A stretch of DNA of 64,000 bases from Fibrobacteria bacterium (GTDB taxonomy: Bacteria; Fibrobacterota; Fibrobacteria; UBA11236): the NCBI GenBank assembly GCA_039926685.1, contig JBDSWM010000255.1, forward strand, positions 7,353-71,352, in the 5' to 3' direction. Made by a program: the position numbers and the translations under genes. Below the pieces are notes generated by a model. That model was not told the DNA's origin. It did not search any database and was given only the letters and a program-made list of their open reading frames with translations. This document shows, piece after piece, positions 1 through 10,151 of this stretch (positions are counted from its first letter, which is position 1; each line of letters opens with the position of its first letter).

Positions 1-718
1 CGGGACGGAAGTCCGGATCCCGTCCTGGAACCGGCAAGGTGGCCAAGGAAAGGGCCCTAAATTGCTGGGTGAAGGGTAGGGAGGAGGCTGCCGGCACCGT
101 CGCGCGTACCGGTGCGGAGCCGGCTGTCGTTTTTGGGGCCGGTCCCGAAGAAGGGGGCCGGGCCAATTGTCTTGCCATGGCCTTGAGATCCGCATCCCCG
201 ATGCGGGGTCCTGCCCCGCTCTGAACACCCGACTTAGCCGGGGTCGAGGTTTTTGGGGAATATCCCCATGTAGTGGGTGTCGCGAGGGTGATGGCGCAAA
301 AGACCGCGAATGCCATGCCCGGGACGCCTGGTTCCCATCGCGGCAAGCGCCCTTGGACTCGTCGGTCGGTCGGAAATCCGGTTTTCTGGCGAAATTCCGT
401 CATGAAAGCGCGCATTTCGTTCTCCGCATATGAGTTCAGTGGTCGGGATAATCTACCCCCAGTCCAGCTCTGGCACCGGTGACAATTTACCCGGGAAAGG
501 GGCATTGCGCTGATGCTTCTTTTCGGGGAACCGGGGTAGAGCGGTTCGTTACACTCAGTAACAATGGAGCAATTGCTGACTTACCTTCAAAACCTATTTC
601 TCTTGGGAAAAGGAGGCAGCTATGAACCGTCTTCGAAAGCTTCGGAAAAAGACTTCAGCAATGCTTTCATCAGCGAAACATCGCGGGGTCCGAGTTGGCG
701 CACCTCCGTAGACATCTG

Positions 719-1285
719 CTACTTCCGTCCGTCAAAAACATCCTGGTAGCGACTGAATGCTTCCGCCGACACCAAACCAGTGAATCGGCTGAACAATTCG
801 ATGTACTCGATTCGGTTCTTTTCTTTGATCAACGGCCCGGACATGCATATTTCCAATTCATTTGCCATGGTGATTTCCAGCATACCTTTCAATTTATCAA
901 GAGGCAATTCCAGTTTATTTCCGGTAAACCTGTCCCGATATTGGGCCATGGACGATCCTATTTGTGGATAAAAGAAATCCCGATCGCAAGCCGCATAGAA
1001 ATAAACGAGCTGTTCGGATTCCTCCCCGATGATCTCCCTGATTTTGGGTCGGTCGGAAGGGGAATATTCCTTATGCGGGATGCCAAGTCTTTCCATTGGC
1101 TGGGTGCCGTAAACCGCATGATAAAGGCCCGCATCGCATACATACCCGGGATTATTCCATTCCCTGAGGAGTTCATATGTGCCCAACAGGTGGGTTTCAA
1201 GGCTTCCGTTCAGATGCGCGAACTCGCCTACACCCAATTCTTTCAGCGCGGACAATTTTTCGTTTATGGCTGCATAATCGACCAT
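719..1285 (-). CDS. hypothetical protein (possibly HD-like/DUF-type); no confident family assignment
   Basis: 188-aa ORF with GC-rich codon usage and ATG start; no diagnostic motif recognised. Confidence 0.45.
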   Translation of the reverse strand: MVDYAAINEKLSALKELGVGEFAHLNGSLETHLLGTYELLREWNNPGYVCDAGLYHAVYGTQPMERLGIPHKEYSPSDRPKIREIIGEESEQLVYFYAACDRDFFYPQIGSSMAQYRDRFTGNKLELPLDKLKGMLEITMANELEICMSGPLIKEKNRIEYIELFSRFTGLVSAEAFSRYQDVFDGRK

Positions 1286-1381
1286 TCATCAAAACATAAT
1301 TCCCATCCCCTGGTCGCGGCACAATAGGCCTTGGAATTTATGTCCTCCCCTACAAGGCCCATTTGCGGAAAGGAGTTTCAA

Positions 1382-1960
1382 ATGAGGAAGCTGATTTTGG
1401 AAGAGTGGCTGTCGCTAGATGGCTATGCCGCGGACAGGAATGGGCAATTGAATTTTTTCCCAGCCACCGAAGAGAACAAGTATTCCGATAAGGATCAGCT
1501 TGAATTCCTGGACACCATCGATACCATTTTGCTGGGACGGATTACTTATCAGCTTTTCGCGGAGTTCTGGCCTACCGCCACTACGGACAAGGAAATCATC
1601 GCCGACAAACTGAACGCCATTCCAAAAATCGTATTCTCAAAGACGCTGGCGGATGCCCCTTGGGGAAAATGGCCGAGCGCCCGGGTTTTCCCAGGCGATG
1701 CCGTAAGGGAAGTGAAAGAGATGAAAACCGGGGATGGGAAAGACATGGTCTTGTGGGGGAGCATTTCCTTGGCGCAAACGCTTATAAAGGCGAACATGAT
1801 AGACGAATACCATATCCAGATTTGTCCCACCCTGGTAGGAGGCGGGCGGCCATTATTCCCGAATCTGGACGGTTATGCGAATCTGAAACTTACCGATTCC
1901 AGAAAATACGATACAGGGGTGATGTACCTGCGATACAAACCTGATAACCTTTTTTTTTGA
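1382..1960 (+). CDS. dihydrofolate reductase family protein (RibD C-terminal domain, YwjB-like)
   Basis: ATG at 1382 preceded by AAAGGAG; N-terminal MRKLILEEWLSLDGY and LWGSISLAQTLIKANMIDEYHIQICPTLVGGGRPLF typical of RibD_C fold; the ORF-track start at 1331 lacks an RBS. Confidence 0.75.
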   Translation: MRKLILEEWLSLDGYAADRNGQLNFFPATEENKYSDKDQLEFLDTIDTILLGRITYQLFAEFWPTATTDKEIIADKLNAIPKIVFSKTLADAPWGKWPSARVFPGDAVREVKEMKTGDGKDMVLWGSISLAQTLIKANMIDEYHIQICPTLVGGGRPLFPNLDGYANLKLTDSRKYDTGVMYLRYKPDNLFF

Positions 1961-2015
1961 ACAGTTCCTTAAGGGCTTCGATTTTGTCAAGTTAGGTCAT
2001 GTGGCCGCCGGTGTT

Positions 2016-2690
2016 TCAGTTCACGGCGTCGGCATGTCTTTGGTGGCGTAGCACCACGTGGGTTGCCTTTTCCGAGGCCGCGAACTTGACGCAATTGTAG
2101 CCCAAAGCCTTCAAGTCCATTCCCTCGAAAAGCCGTTCTCCCGTTCCAAGCAGGACCGGGGCGATGGCAAAGTGCATTTCGTCGATGAGGGATTCGCGAA
2201 GATATTGCTGGATCGTGTCGGGTCCGCCGCCGATACGCACGTCCTTCCCGCCGGCCGCGGCCCGGGCCCGATCCAGTGCCTCGTGAATGCCGCCAGTGAC
2301 GAAGTGGAAGGTCGTATCGCCTTCCATCTCGATGCTGGGGCGGGCATAATTCGTCAGGACGAAAACGGGAACGTGATAAGGCGGGTTTTCGCCCCACCAG
2401 CCTTTCCAGTTCAGATCCGGCCAGGGTCCGCGCATCGGACTGAACATGTTCCTTCCGAGAATCCAGGCCCCTACATTCTGGAAGCCCCGGGTTGCGAATT
2501 CTTCGTCGATCCCCGTGGTGCCGTCCTCTTTTCCGAACAGGGCGCGCTGGAAGGTGCGCGTCGGCAACGCCCATTGATGCAGATCGTGCCCACCGACACC
2601 AAGACCATTTTCGATATCCTGGTTCGGACCCGCCCCGAATCCATCGAGCGAGATAGTGAAGTTTTCAACGCGGACTCGTGTCATCTTCAT
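2016..2690 (-). CDS. dihydrofolate reductase family protein (RibD C-terminal domain), second paralog, convergent with 1382..1960
   Basis: MKMTRVRVENFTISLDGFGAGP ... AIAPVLLGTGERLFEG; AAGGAGG Shine-Dalgarno directly upstream of the ATG pair at 2690/2684. Confidence 0.75.
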   Translation of the reverse strand: MKMTRVRVENFTISLDGFGAGPNQDIENGLGVGGHDLHQWALPTRTFQRALFGKEDGTTGIDEEFATRGFQNVGAWILGRNMFSPMRGPWPDLNWKGWWGENPPYHVPVFVLTNYARPSIEMEGDTTFHFVTGGIHEALDRARAAAGGKDVRIGGGPDTIQQYLRESLIDEMHFAIAPVLLGTGERLFEGMDLKALGYNCVKFAASEKATHVVLRHQRHADAVN

Positions 2691-2834
2691 TCCTCCTTTT
2701 AGTGCGGCGCCTGACAAGGCTCATATCGGCCATGTAAAAAAGTTGGCCGGCAAATGGCAATAAAAATTGGATGGACTATGCGGTCCGATTGGACAGGCAG
2801 GCATTTTAACAAATGGATGTTTAGACCAAATGAA

Positions 2835-4949
2835 TCACCGTATCACCCCGATGACGCGCACATCGGAGAGGGTTTCCTCCACTTCCGATATTCCCGGTAC
2901 CTTGAGCAGGGTCAAGGTCGACTTGATCACGTACGCGCCGGTGCCGACCAGGCTGCCGTCATGGGCGCGGTTGCCCCATAGGATCCTAAGCCGTTTCCGG
3001 CCTTCCTTGTTCCCGCTTTCCAGGTTCGGGAAGGCGCTTTGGGGCACGGTGAGCGTCAGCATGTTCACGAATTGCCCCAGGGTGGAGAACACACGCAGTT
3101 CCAGCCGGAAGGCCCGCGACGCCTCCACTTTCAAGCCTGCGTATTTTGCGGAGTCCTCGGGCGACAAGGTTCCATCCGCCCCATTCAACACGGAACAACA
3201 TTGCCCCGGGTCGTTGGATGCGACGGCCGCCGCGCCGGATCCGGCCAGGATCCAATGCCGGCCTGGGCCGGAAGGTCCTAATTGCCCAGGGTCCTGGCCT
3301 TGGGAATAGGTGTTATGGTAGTCCAGGGCCATTCCGGATTGGGCGTCCAGGTAGGGGAAGCTCCGGCGCACGGAGTCGAGGGGGTTTTCCGGGTTGCGAT
3401 AGATGAGTACGATGCTGTCGCGGGACGAATGCTCCAGCTTTCCGTTGCCGGGCGAAGGGGATGAAGATACCTGGCGCGTGAAACCGGCCTCGTAATGACC
3501 GGAGTTGGAGCCAGAGGCGGACAGGACCAGGGTTTCCCGATCCGGACCTTGTGAAGGCAGCACCTGCAACGGACAGGCTGAGCATGTCTCTTCGGGGGGC
3601 AAAGTCAGCCGCGCTCGCAGATCGGATTGATCGGCCGTGATCTTTTCCAAGGGGCGGCCGGCATGCAGGAGGCTCAAGATGGCCGGTTCCCGGCAGGTGG
3701 AACCGATGCTATCGGGAAAGGATGCGGTCGCCGGGGAGCGCTTTACCGTGATCGTGTAGGGGATCGATTTCTCTTTGGTCTTTCCGGAATCCTCATAGCT
3801 ATAGGTGTAGGTGAAAGAAAGCACGGTTTGATCCGGCGCCAGGGGTATGCGGTGGGGAAAGGTGAAGGCTCCCGCTACCAGCGAGGAGATGGAAAGCACC
3901 TTGCCTCCCGTTTCCAGGGTGGCTCCCTTGGGCTTGGAAGCGGCGTTGGTGAGGATGGTGCTGATGACGCTGGACTGCAGCAGGGCCAGCAATTGGGAGC
4001 CCGGCAGGTTCAGGGCCCAGTAGTCGCTTTTGGGATTGCTGGCGGAATATCCGTTGGCGCGGATGTTCTCCGTCATCTTGACCACATTGGCCGGGGCCTT
4101 GGGCTGGCTAGCGCCTGCCTTGAAGAATACCGTGAAAGTGGCGGGCGTATTTTCGCCTTGGATGAAATCGTCCTGCATGGCTTCCCGCCCGTCGTCGACA
4201 TTGGTGGGTGACCCGTCCGAGAGGAAGATGAAGTATTGTTCGTTCCTGGCCGCGCGGGAATCCCGCATGGCGACCTTGGCCGCCTGGAATCCCAAGGTGA
4301 TGTCGGTGCCGTCCCGCGTGGAGAGAGGCCCATATTCGGAGTTGGGACGGGATCCCGGCCGGACGGTATTGTAGTCGAGATTGCCCTTGCCATGGTATTT
4401 CAAAAGCGCCTTGAGCGTGTCCACTCCGGTGGTCCCGTCGGGAAAGACCTTGTTCAACGGGGTCAGGGGGACGAAGGAATCATGCTGGGACGTATCGCCG
4501 GGAAACGCGGACTTGAAAAAAGGATTGTCCCGGTGGTCGAAGGCCAGTCGGCGTGTGAAGATGACCAGGCCCACTTCCGCTTGCGGCGAGGCGGCCCGGA
4601 GGCTGTCCAGCAAGGTCTTGACGACATTGAAACGCGCTTCGCCGGGATCGTTGCCTTCCCCTTCCTTATCCTTGTCCTCGCTCATGCTACCGGAATTGTC
4701 GATGATGAATACGATGGAAGGCGGGGTCGCCGGCCCGCCCATGTTCACCTGGATCCGCTCCTGGCAGACCGGGAAAACGGGATTCACCCAGATGACATCT
4801 TGCGGTACCGTCAGCACGGCTTGGCCGAAGTTGCCGGGGCAGGCCTGGAAAACCATTTCGCAATTCCCGGCCGCCCGAACTGGTAACAGGCTGGCGCCCG
4901 GTCCAATTGCGGCTAAAGCAATACCCAGCCGGATTCCGTACCTTCCCAT
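2835..4949 (-). CDS. secreted von Willebrand factor A (VWA) domain protein with T9SS-like C-terminal sorting domain
   Basis: signal peptide MGRYGIRLGIALAAIGPGASL; MIDAS motif DNSGSM; C-terminus FRLELRVFSTLGQFV...GAYVIKSTL...RVIGVIR resembles Por_Secre_tail. Confidence 0.7.
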   Translation of the reverse strand: MGRYGIRLGIALAAIGPGASLLPVRAAGNCEMVFQACPGNFGQAVLTVPQDVIWVNPVFPVCQERIQVNMGGPATPPSIVFIIDNSGSMSEDKDKEGEGNDPGEARFNVVKTLLDSLRAASPQAEVGLVIFTRRLAFDHRDNPFFKSAFPGDTSQHDSFVPLTPLNKVFPDGTTGVDTLKALLKYHGKGNLDYNTVRPGSRPNSEYGPLSTRDGTDITLGFQAAKVAMRDSRAARNEQYFIFLSDGSPTNVDDGREAMQDDFIQGENTPATFTVFFKAGASQPKAPANVVKMTENIRANGYSASNPKSDYWALNLPGSQLLALLQSSVISTILTNAASKPKGATLETGGKVLSISSLVAGAFTFPHRIPLAPDQTVLSFTYTYSYEDSGKTKEKSIPYTITVKRSPATASFPDSIGSTCREPAILSLLHAGRPLEKITADQSDLRARLTLPPEETCSACPLQVLPSQGPDRETLVLSASGSNSGHYEAGFTRQVSSSPSPGNGKLEHSSRDSIVLIYRNPENPLDSVRRSFPYLDAQSGMALDYHNTYSQGQDPGQLGPSGPGRHWILAGSGAAAVASNDPGQCCSVLNGADGTLSPEDSAKYAGLKVEASRAFRLELRVFSTLGQFVNMLTLTVPQSAFPNLESGNKEGRKRLRILWGNRAHDGSLVGTGAYVIKSTLTLLKVPGISEVEETLSDVRVIGVIR

Positions 4950-5473
4950 CGATTCCCCCAGATGGCGACCGCCGATAACCCCCATGCCATGGCGCCGGGG
5001 TACAGTGCCCAGGAAAAGCTAATCGTGCCGTGAATGGAAAGGACCCGCTCTTTATACGGGACTGGGCACAAATGTACCCACAAAGGCATTTTACTTATCG
5101 TCGGAGTGGGGTAAGGCGATGCATTCTGGTTTGCGTTAGTGGGGGAATTTCAAACCTTGGATAAATGGGGCTTCGTCGCCTTTTCTTACACCTGTCGGGA
5201 ATCTTGCCTCCGATATTTACCCTATTTCCTGGTCATTCCCAAAATCGCTTCCTTAATATTCGAAAGATGCTATTGCTTCGATATTGAAATCATAATATTC
5301 CCAGTTTTAAATTGGAAAAAAATGTAAAGAATTCCGGCTTCACGATACCATGGGCATTGGTCGGAAGCGCGATTTTATTAATACGCCCGGATCCGAATAC
5401 TATTAATATTATCTTTCGGATGCATTTCCAGTGTATCGAGCCCGCCCTAAAACATTTTCAAAGAGTGGTTGTA

Positions 5474-8400
5474 ATGGAACCGATCCTTTCGACTTCCCCA
5501 TCCCCAATCCGCCGTCCCGCCAATCTTGCATGGCTGTTGAGCAGGGCCCTGATCCCCGCTCTGACAGCGGCTACCATGGCCTTTTCGACGATAGTCCCGA
5601 CCGGATTCGTCGAATCCAAAATCGCCACCGGCTTCAACCGGCCCACCCAGATGGAAATCGCTCCCGATGGCCGTATTTTCGTCCTTGAGCAGGGCGGCAC
5701 GGTGCGGATCGTGAAAAACGGAGCCCTGCTCGCCACTCCCTTCATCACCTTATCGGGTGTCTTTTCCACCCAGGACTACGGGCTGGACGGCATCGCCTTC
5801 GATCCCGCCTTCGCCACCAACAACCGCATCTATCTCTACGTAGCCATGGCGGGATCGCCGAATAACTACACCCGTATCCTCCGGGTGACGGCCAACGGCG
5901 ACGTAGCCGTGTCCGGCAGCGAAACGGAAATCTTCCGCTTGGACGATTTCTCCGGCACCACCCATCAAGGCGGGGCCCTGCATTTCGGCAAAGACGGCAA
6001 GCTCTACGTGTTCACCGGAACGCCCGCCGGCACCACCAGCCTGTCGCAAAACCTCGGCTCCACCATAGGCAAAGCGCTGCGCATCAATTCCGACGGCACC
6101 ATCCCCACCGATAACCCCTTCTATACGACCAATACGGGACGGTACCGGGCCATCTATGCGCGCGGCCTGCGCAATCCTTTCACGGCCGCCATCCAGCCGG
6201 GTACGGGGCGGATTTTCTACACAGACGTGGGCGAAGACAGCTGGGAAGAAATCAACGACGTAGTCGCGGCAGCGAATTACGGATGGCCTGCCATGGAAGG
6301 GAATTCCGGCACCCCGCCCGCGGGCTATAAAGGCCCCTTCTACACCTACGCCCATTCCGGATCGCAATACAATAGCGGCGCCGTTCTAGGGGCGTGCTTC
6401 TACAATCCCGCTGTCGCGCAATTCCCGTCGGTCTATATCGGGAAGTTCTTCTATGCGGACCATACCTTCGGCACCATCAATTACCTGGATCCCCTTTCCG
6501 GTTCTCCCAGCCCGGTCCCCTTCGCCACGGGCCTGGATCATCCCCTGGACATCAAGGTCGACGCCGATGGGAAGTTGTACTACCTGGTGCGCGGCAACAG
6601 CAGCACCCCCTCCACCATGAACCTCTTCCGCGTGGTATACGGGAGCAACCTGGGACCCACCATCGACCAATCGCCGAATACGGCGACCTATCCCGTGGGA
6701 GAACAGGCCACCTTCTGCGTGAGCGCTTCCGGCACGGCTCCCCTTTCCTACAAATGGCAGCGCAATAGCGTCGATGTCGCGGGAGCCACGGGCACCTGCT
6801 ATACCACTCCGGTGACGACTCTCGCCGACCATGGCACCCTCTACCGCGCCATCGTTTCCAATCCTTGGGGCACGGCCACCAGCAATAGCGCCATCCTGAA
6901 CGTCACCTCCAATCAACGTCCGCTCGCCACCATCACCGCGCCCGCCGCCGGGGCCCATTACAATGCGGGCGATATCCTCGCCTATTCCGGAACCGGATCG
7001 GATCCGGAGGACGGCACCCTGGGCGCCGCCGCCTTCTCCTGGTGGATCAATTTCCACCACAATACCCACGCCCACTCCACCTTGCCCCTGACCTCCGGAT
7101 CGACTTCCGGATCGATCGCCACCTCCGTCAACGACGAGAAGAACGACAATGTTTGGTTCCGGGTGCATCTCCGCGTTACCGATGCGGGCGGATTGACCGA
7201 CGAAGATTCCGTGGATGTGACTCCCAACAAGACCACCGTGACCGTGACCAGCAATCCCCCCGGCATCCAGTTGATCAGGGACGGCGCGGCCATCGCCACG
7301 CCCCTCACCTTCATCAGTCCGGTCGGTATCGAATGGAACCTCAGCGCTCCCGCCACGGGTTCTATCGGCGGCACCGCCTACAAGTTCGTCTCCTGGTCCG
7401 ACGGCCTGGCCGCCGATCATAAGATCTATGCCCCGGCCGGCAATCCCACCTATACGGCGAACTATGTTATCGACGACAAGCGCGGCTTCGTCTTGCGCCA
7501 GGTCTGGAACGGCATCACCGGGACCACCATCGCCTCCCTGACCGGCAACGCGAATTATCCCTATTCGCCCTCGGCCACGTCCTCCTTGACCTTGCTGGAA
7601 GGACCCACCAATGTCGCCGACAATTACGGCTCCCGCATCGTAGGGCAACTCTATCCGCCCACCACGGGCGCCTATACCTTCTGGATCGCCGCCGATGATG
7701 TCGCGGAATTGTGGCTCGGGACCTCTGAGAGCCCTTCCTCCCGTGTGCGTATCGCCACCGTTACTGCCTGGACCAATTCCCGGGAATGGACCAAGTCCAC
7801 GACCCAGAAATCGGCGACCATCACGCTGACCGCCGGCAAGCGGTACCATATCGAAGCCCTGCAAAAGGAAGGGACCGGTGGGGACAACCTGGCCGTTTCC
7901 TGGTCCGGACCCGGCATCGCCCAACAGGTGATTCCCGGAACCTACCTCTCCTACCCCGATCCGTTGGCCTTCAGTGAAGCCGATATCGGAACCGTCGGCT
8001 TCGCGGGTAGCCGCACCGTCGCTTCCGGCGCCCATACCGTAAAAGGCGCCGGAGCGGATATCTGGGGCACGGCGGATGCCTTCCACTTTTCCTATTCGCC
8101 CATGACCGGGGACGGGGAAATCCGCGCCCGCGTTTCCGCGGTGCAGAACACCAATGCCTGGGCCAAGGCCGGTGTGATGATGCGGGAAAACGTGAACGCC
8201 AACGCTCGCAACCTGTTGATAGCCATCACTCCTGGCCAAGGGACCACTTTCCAGCGCAGGCTTACCGCGGGGGGGAGCTCGACCTTTACGCAAACCGCCG
8301 GGCTTGCCGCACCTTATTGGGTGCGCCTGGTTCGGGCCGGCAACCTATTCTCGGCCTATCGTTCCATCGACGGGATTACCTGGACATTGGTCGGCCAGGA

Positions 8401-8503
8401 GACCCTGGCGCTACCCTCCACCATACAGGTAGGCTTGGCGGTGACTTCGCATGATAATGCCCAGTTGGGATCGGGCACTTTCGACAATGTGAAATTGCCC
8501 TGA
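5474..8503 (+). CDS. PQQ-dependent soluble sugar (glucose/sorbosone) dehydrogenase fused to Ig-like domains, a PA14 domain and a C-terminal ConA-like jelly-roll domain
   Basis: GFNRPTQMEIAPDGRIFVLEQGGTVRIV (GSDH beta-propeller); Ig-like TATYPVGEQATFCVSASG...YKWQRN; PA14-like YTFWIAADDVAELWLG...KRYHIEALQKEGTGGDNLAVSW; start chosen at ATG 5474 (signal-like MEPILSTSPSPIRRPANLAWLL) after an AT-rich promoter region. Confidence 0.75.
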   Translation: MEPILSTSPSPIRRPANLAWLLSRALIPALTAATMAFSTIVPTGFVESKIATGFNRPTQMEIAPDGRIFVLEQGGTVRIVKNGALLATPFITLSGVFSTQDYGLDGIAFDPAFATNNRIYLYVAMAGSPNNYTRILRVTANGDVAVSGSETEIFRLDDFSGTTHQGGALHFGKDGKLYVFTGTPAGTTSLSQNLGSTIGKALRINSDGTIPTDNPFYTTNTGRYRAIYARGLRNPFTAAIQPGTGRIFYTDVGEDSWEEINDVVAAANYGWPAMEGNSGTPPAGYKGPFYTYAHSGSQYNSGAVLGACFYNPAVAQFPSVYIGKFFYADHTFGTINYLDPLSGSPSPVPFATGLDHPLDIKVDADGKLYYLVRGNSSTPSTMNLFRVVYGSNLGPTIDQSPNTATYPVGEQATFCVSASGTAPLSYKWQRNSVDVAGATGTCYTTPVTTLADHGTLYRAIVSNPWGTATSNSAILNVTSNQRPLATITAPAAGAHYNAGDILAYSGTGSDPEDGTLGAAAFSWWINFHHNTHAHSTLPLTSGSTSGSIATSVNDEKNDNVWFRVHLRVTDAGGLTDEDSVDVTPNKTTVTVTSNPPGIQLIRDGAAIATPLTFISPVGIEWNLSAPATGSIGGTAYKFVSWSDGLAADHKIYAPAGNPTYTANYVIDDKRGFVLRQVWNGITGTTIASLTGNANYPYSPSATSSLTLLEGPTNVADNYGSRIVGQLYPPTTGAYTFWIAADDVAELWLGTSESPSSRVRIATVTAWTNSREWTKSTTQKSATITLTAGKRYHIEALQKEGTGGDNLAVSWSGPGIAQQVIPGTYLSYPDPLAFSEADIGTVGFAGSRTVASGAHTVKGAGADIWGTADAFHFSYSPMTGDGEIRARVSAVQNTNAWAKAGVMMRENVNANARNLLIAITPGQGTTFQRRLTAGGSSTFTQTAGLAAPYWVRLVRAGNLFSAYRSIDGITWTLVGQETLALPSTIQVGLAVTSHDNAQLGSGTFDNVKLP

Positions 8504-8521
8504 GAGTAGACTGAAGCCGGT

Positions 8522-8555
8522 TGCAGAATGGCCGGGATGGCCCGGCCATTCTGCA
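8522..8555 (+). terminator. Rho-independent terminator hairpin after the PQQ-dehydrogenase gene
   Basis: perfect 15-bp stem TGCAGAATGGCCGGG / CCCGGCCATTCTGCA with 4-nt loop, followed by CTTATTTAG. Confidence 0.6.
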
Positions 8556-8734
8556 GAGCGCTTATTTAGAGGGTTTCGATCTTCGCTGAATCGGTTTTGG
8601 ATTCCGCATTCGGAATTCCGGGCGATTCATTTTTTTCATCATCCATACTGCTTTCGCGCTCCATGATTGAAAACGGAATCCGCTTTGCGTATTCTTGCGT
8701 AAGCGCCGTTACCCGCACCACAAAAGGGAGCAAA

Positions 8735-10138
8735 ATGACTTTAAGGATGAAATTCCGGATCCTATGCCTTGCCCTGTTTTTTAAGATGGCTATTGTGTGC
8801 GCGGCTCCCTCCAATGAACTGCTTCACCTCGATTTCAACGACTCCGCCGAATTCGGCGCGCAACCCGGCGCGCTGCCCGCCGGAACGGTCAACGGAGCCG
8901 CGAAACCTTCGGCGGCCTATCCCGGTTCAGCGGATTTCGGGCCTCAAGGCGGATGGATTCATGTACCCGGTTTTCACAGCCCCACAGGACCCTTTACAAT
9001 CGAGGCGCGATTCCTGATCCGCAATTACGGCCCGGAAAACGCCCGCTTCATTTCCGACATTTTCAGCACGGCAACCTGGGACGATGGGACGCCGCAAGGC
9101 TTGGAAATGAAAGTCGGCGGAGGCTATCTCTATCCCACCTTGCCGCGTAGCGCCTATCGAACGGAAGCCGATTGGGTAAGGGCCCAATACAACTATTCAT
9201 ATATAGACCGGGGCGGTTTTTCCGGCTGCTTCGCGGCCTTCTTCATGTCCCGTAAAGACGCGCCTTCGGATTGGAAAGCCGTGTATACCGATCGCTGCAT
9301 CGAAAAAAACAAATGGACGCATTTGGTAGGGGTTTGGGACGGAACCGACATGCGCATTTACCTGGATGGATCCGAGGCCACTGACAAATGGCGCATCCAA
9401 GGCAAGGAGGCGGCCCCCAGTATGGATAGCGTGGTCGGGGCATATGCCGGAGCGGGTTTTGACGCCACGCGGAACCACACCTATTTGGACGGGATCTTGG
9501 ACTATGTCAAAGTCGAAGAGGGCGCGCTTTCCGATTTCGAAATCCACAAGCGCTACCAGAACAATTTCGATCCGCAGGTGCGCGATTCATTGTGCATCAC
9601 GGTCATCCATCCGCATTATCCGGAACCGGGACAGCCATGCAAGGGAAGGTTGGATTTGGAATTCAAAATCACGAAGCATGGAGCCTGCACGGACACTGCC
9701 TATTCGCCGAATGTCGCGGCCGGCGACAGCGCGGAAATCGAAATCTCCAAGGATCCGTCTTTCACCGATTTGTGCTTTCACAAAGTGGCCGGCGTGTCGA
9801 CCCTGCATATCGAAGCCGGCGATTTGCCGGACCTGGCCGGATATGAAGGCGCACTGTATTGGCGAGTGCGTTTGACCCATGGGCATTCCGGCGCTTCCGC
9901 GAAAATTTCGGCGCAAGGATCAGAGCCCATTCCCGGCGACTGGAGCTTGTCCCGACCGTTGATCATGAATATGTCCGAAACCAGCGCCATCGGGAATCAT
10001 GCATTCTCCCTGAAGCCTTTTCATTTCCAGTGGCAACGCGGATTATTCCTGCTCGACCGGGAAGCCGGATCCGCGCCTGTGCGGATTGACCCGGCGGGCA
10101 AACAACAATTAGCCCCGCTCCGGAACCTTGGGGACTGA
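8735..10138 (+). CDS. secreted LamG/concanavalin A-like lectin domain protein
   Basis: ATG 8735 with AAAAGGGAG RBS; signal peptide MTLRMKFRILCLALFFKMAIVCAAPS; LamG-like WTHLVGVWDGTDMRIYLDGSE...YLDGILDYVKVEEGALSDFEI. Confidence 0.65.
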   Translation: MTLRMKFRILCLALFFKMAIVCAAPSNELLHLDFNDSAEFGAQPGALPAGTVNGAAKPSAAYPGSADFGPQGGWIHVPGFHSPTGPFTIEARFLIRNYGPENARFISDIFSTATWDDGTPQGLEMKVGGGYLYPTLPRSAYRTEADWVRAQYNYSYIDRGGFSGCFAAFFMSRKDAPSDWKAVYTDRCIEKNKWTHLVGVWDGTDMRIYLDGSEATDKWRIQGKEAAPSMDSVVGAYAGAGFDATRNHTYLDGILDYVKVEEGALSDFEIHKRYQNNFDPQVRDSLCITVIHPHYPEPGQPCKGRLDLEFKITKHGACTDTAYSPNVAAGDSAEIEISKDPSFTDLCFHKVAGVSTLHIEAGDLPDLAGYEGALYWRVRLTHGHSGASAKISAQGSEPIPGDWSLSRPLIMNMSETSAIGNHAFSLKPFHFQWQRGLFLLDREAGSAPVRIDPAGKQQLAPLRNLGD

Positions 10139-10151
10139 TTTCCTTTCCGGC

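Noticed and set aside
1-260. Possible 5'-truncated RNase P RNA at the window start
   Set aside because: Only short resemblances were found (GGAAGTCCGG, GGGTGAAGGGT, ACACCCGACTTAGCC). The near-invariant GGUAAGAGCGCACC segment and a convincing P4 pairing are absent. It is kept only as a low-interest finding pending cmsearch.
6386-8293. 635-aa Gly/Arg-rich ORF on the minus strand inside the PQQ-dehydrogenase gene
   Set aside because: It is antisense to a gene with clear domain content. Its low-complexity GGGDRSG...-type composition is typical of GC-bias artefacts.
8566-8814. 82-aa minus-strand ORF overlapping the LamG gene upstream region
   Set aside because: It overlaps the LamG coding start and its RBS, and has no support.
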